Assembly (NCBI GenBank): GCA_913045225.1 | Contig: CAJWPC010000001.1 | Span: 15,128-79,127, forward strand | Direction of reading: 5' to 3' | Length of the DNA: 64,000 bases | Source of the DNA: an uncultured Rhodobiaceae bacterium | GTDB taxonomy: Bacteria; Pseudomonadota; Alphaproteobacteria; Rhizobiales; TMED25 | Shown here: positions 63,815 to 64,000 of the stretch, one piece after another | How positions within the stretch are numbered: the stretch's first letter is position 1 | Layout: every line of letters begins with the position of its first letter | Notes under the pieces: model-generated | The model's database searches: none | What the model saw: only the letters and a program-made list of their open reading frames with translations | Told to the model about the DNA's origin: nothing | Position numbers and translations under genes: made by a program

Positions 63815-64000
<186 letters not shown>

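Overview
AT-rich, tightly packed core-genome segment of an alphaproteobacterium. Gene order and protein features (gltB C-terminal insertion, zauP-zapA-ssrS, eipA-chpT-ctrA, split pntA) look Hyphomicrobiales/Parvibaculales-like and streamlined; a marine lifestyle is an inference. About 70 genes are present: gltBD, pntAB, purKE, tkt-gap-pgk-fba, ruvCAB-tolQRAB-pal-tilS-ftsH-glmM, serC-serA-purA, rpoH, chpT/ctrA and mnmA, plus 6S RNA and one tRNA-Met. Four genes missed by the ORF track were read directly: a partial S9 peptidase at the left edge, rpmJ, a 36-aa cytochrome c oxidase subunit IV, and a partial GMC oxidoreductase at the right edge. I saw no CRISPR array, integrase, transposase or phage gene. 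The best leads are: (1) a SuhB orthologue that has lost all its metal-binding catalytic residues; (2) the orphan MotA/MotB-like pair with a long coiled coil encoded just downstream of it; (3) an accessory catabolic-looking block after tRNA-Met, made of two paralogous MFS transporters flanking a class II aldolase, a tandem EthD-like protein and an HMF-oxidase-like GMC enzyme; and (4) a serC leader RNA. All family assignments come from motif recognition and recall; no database searches were run.
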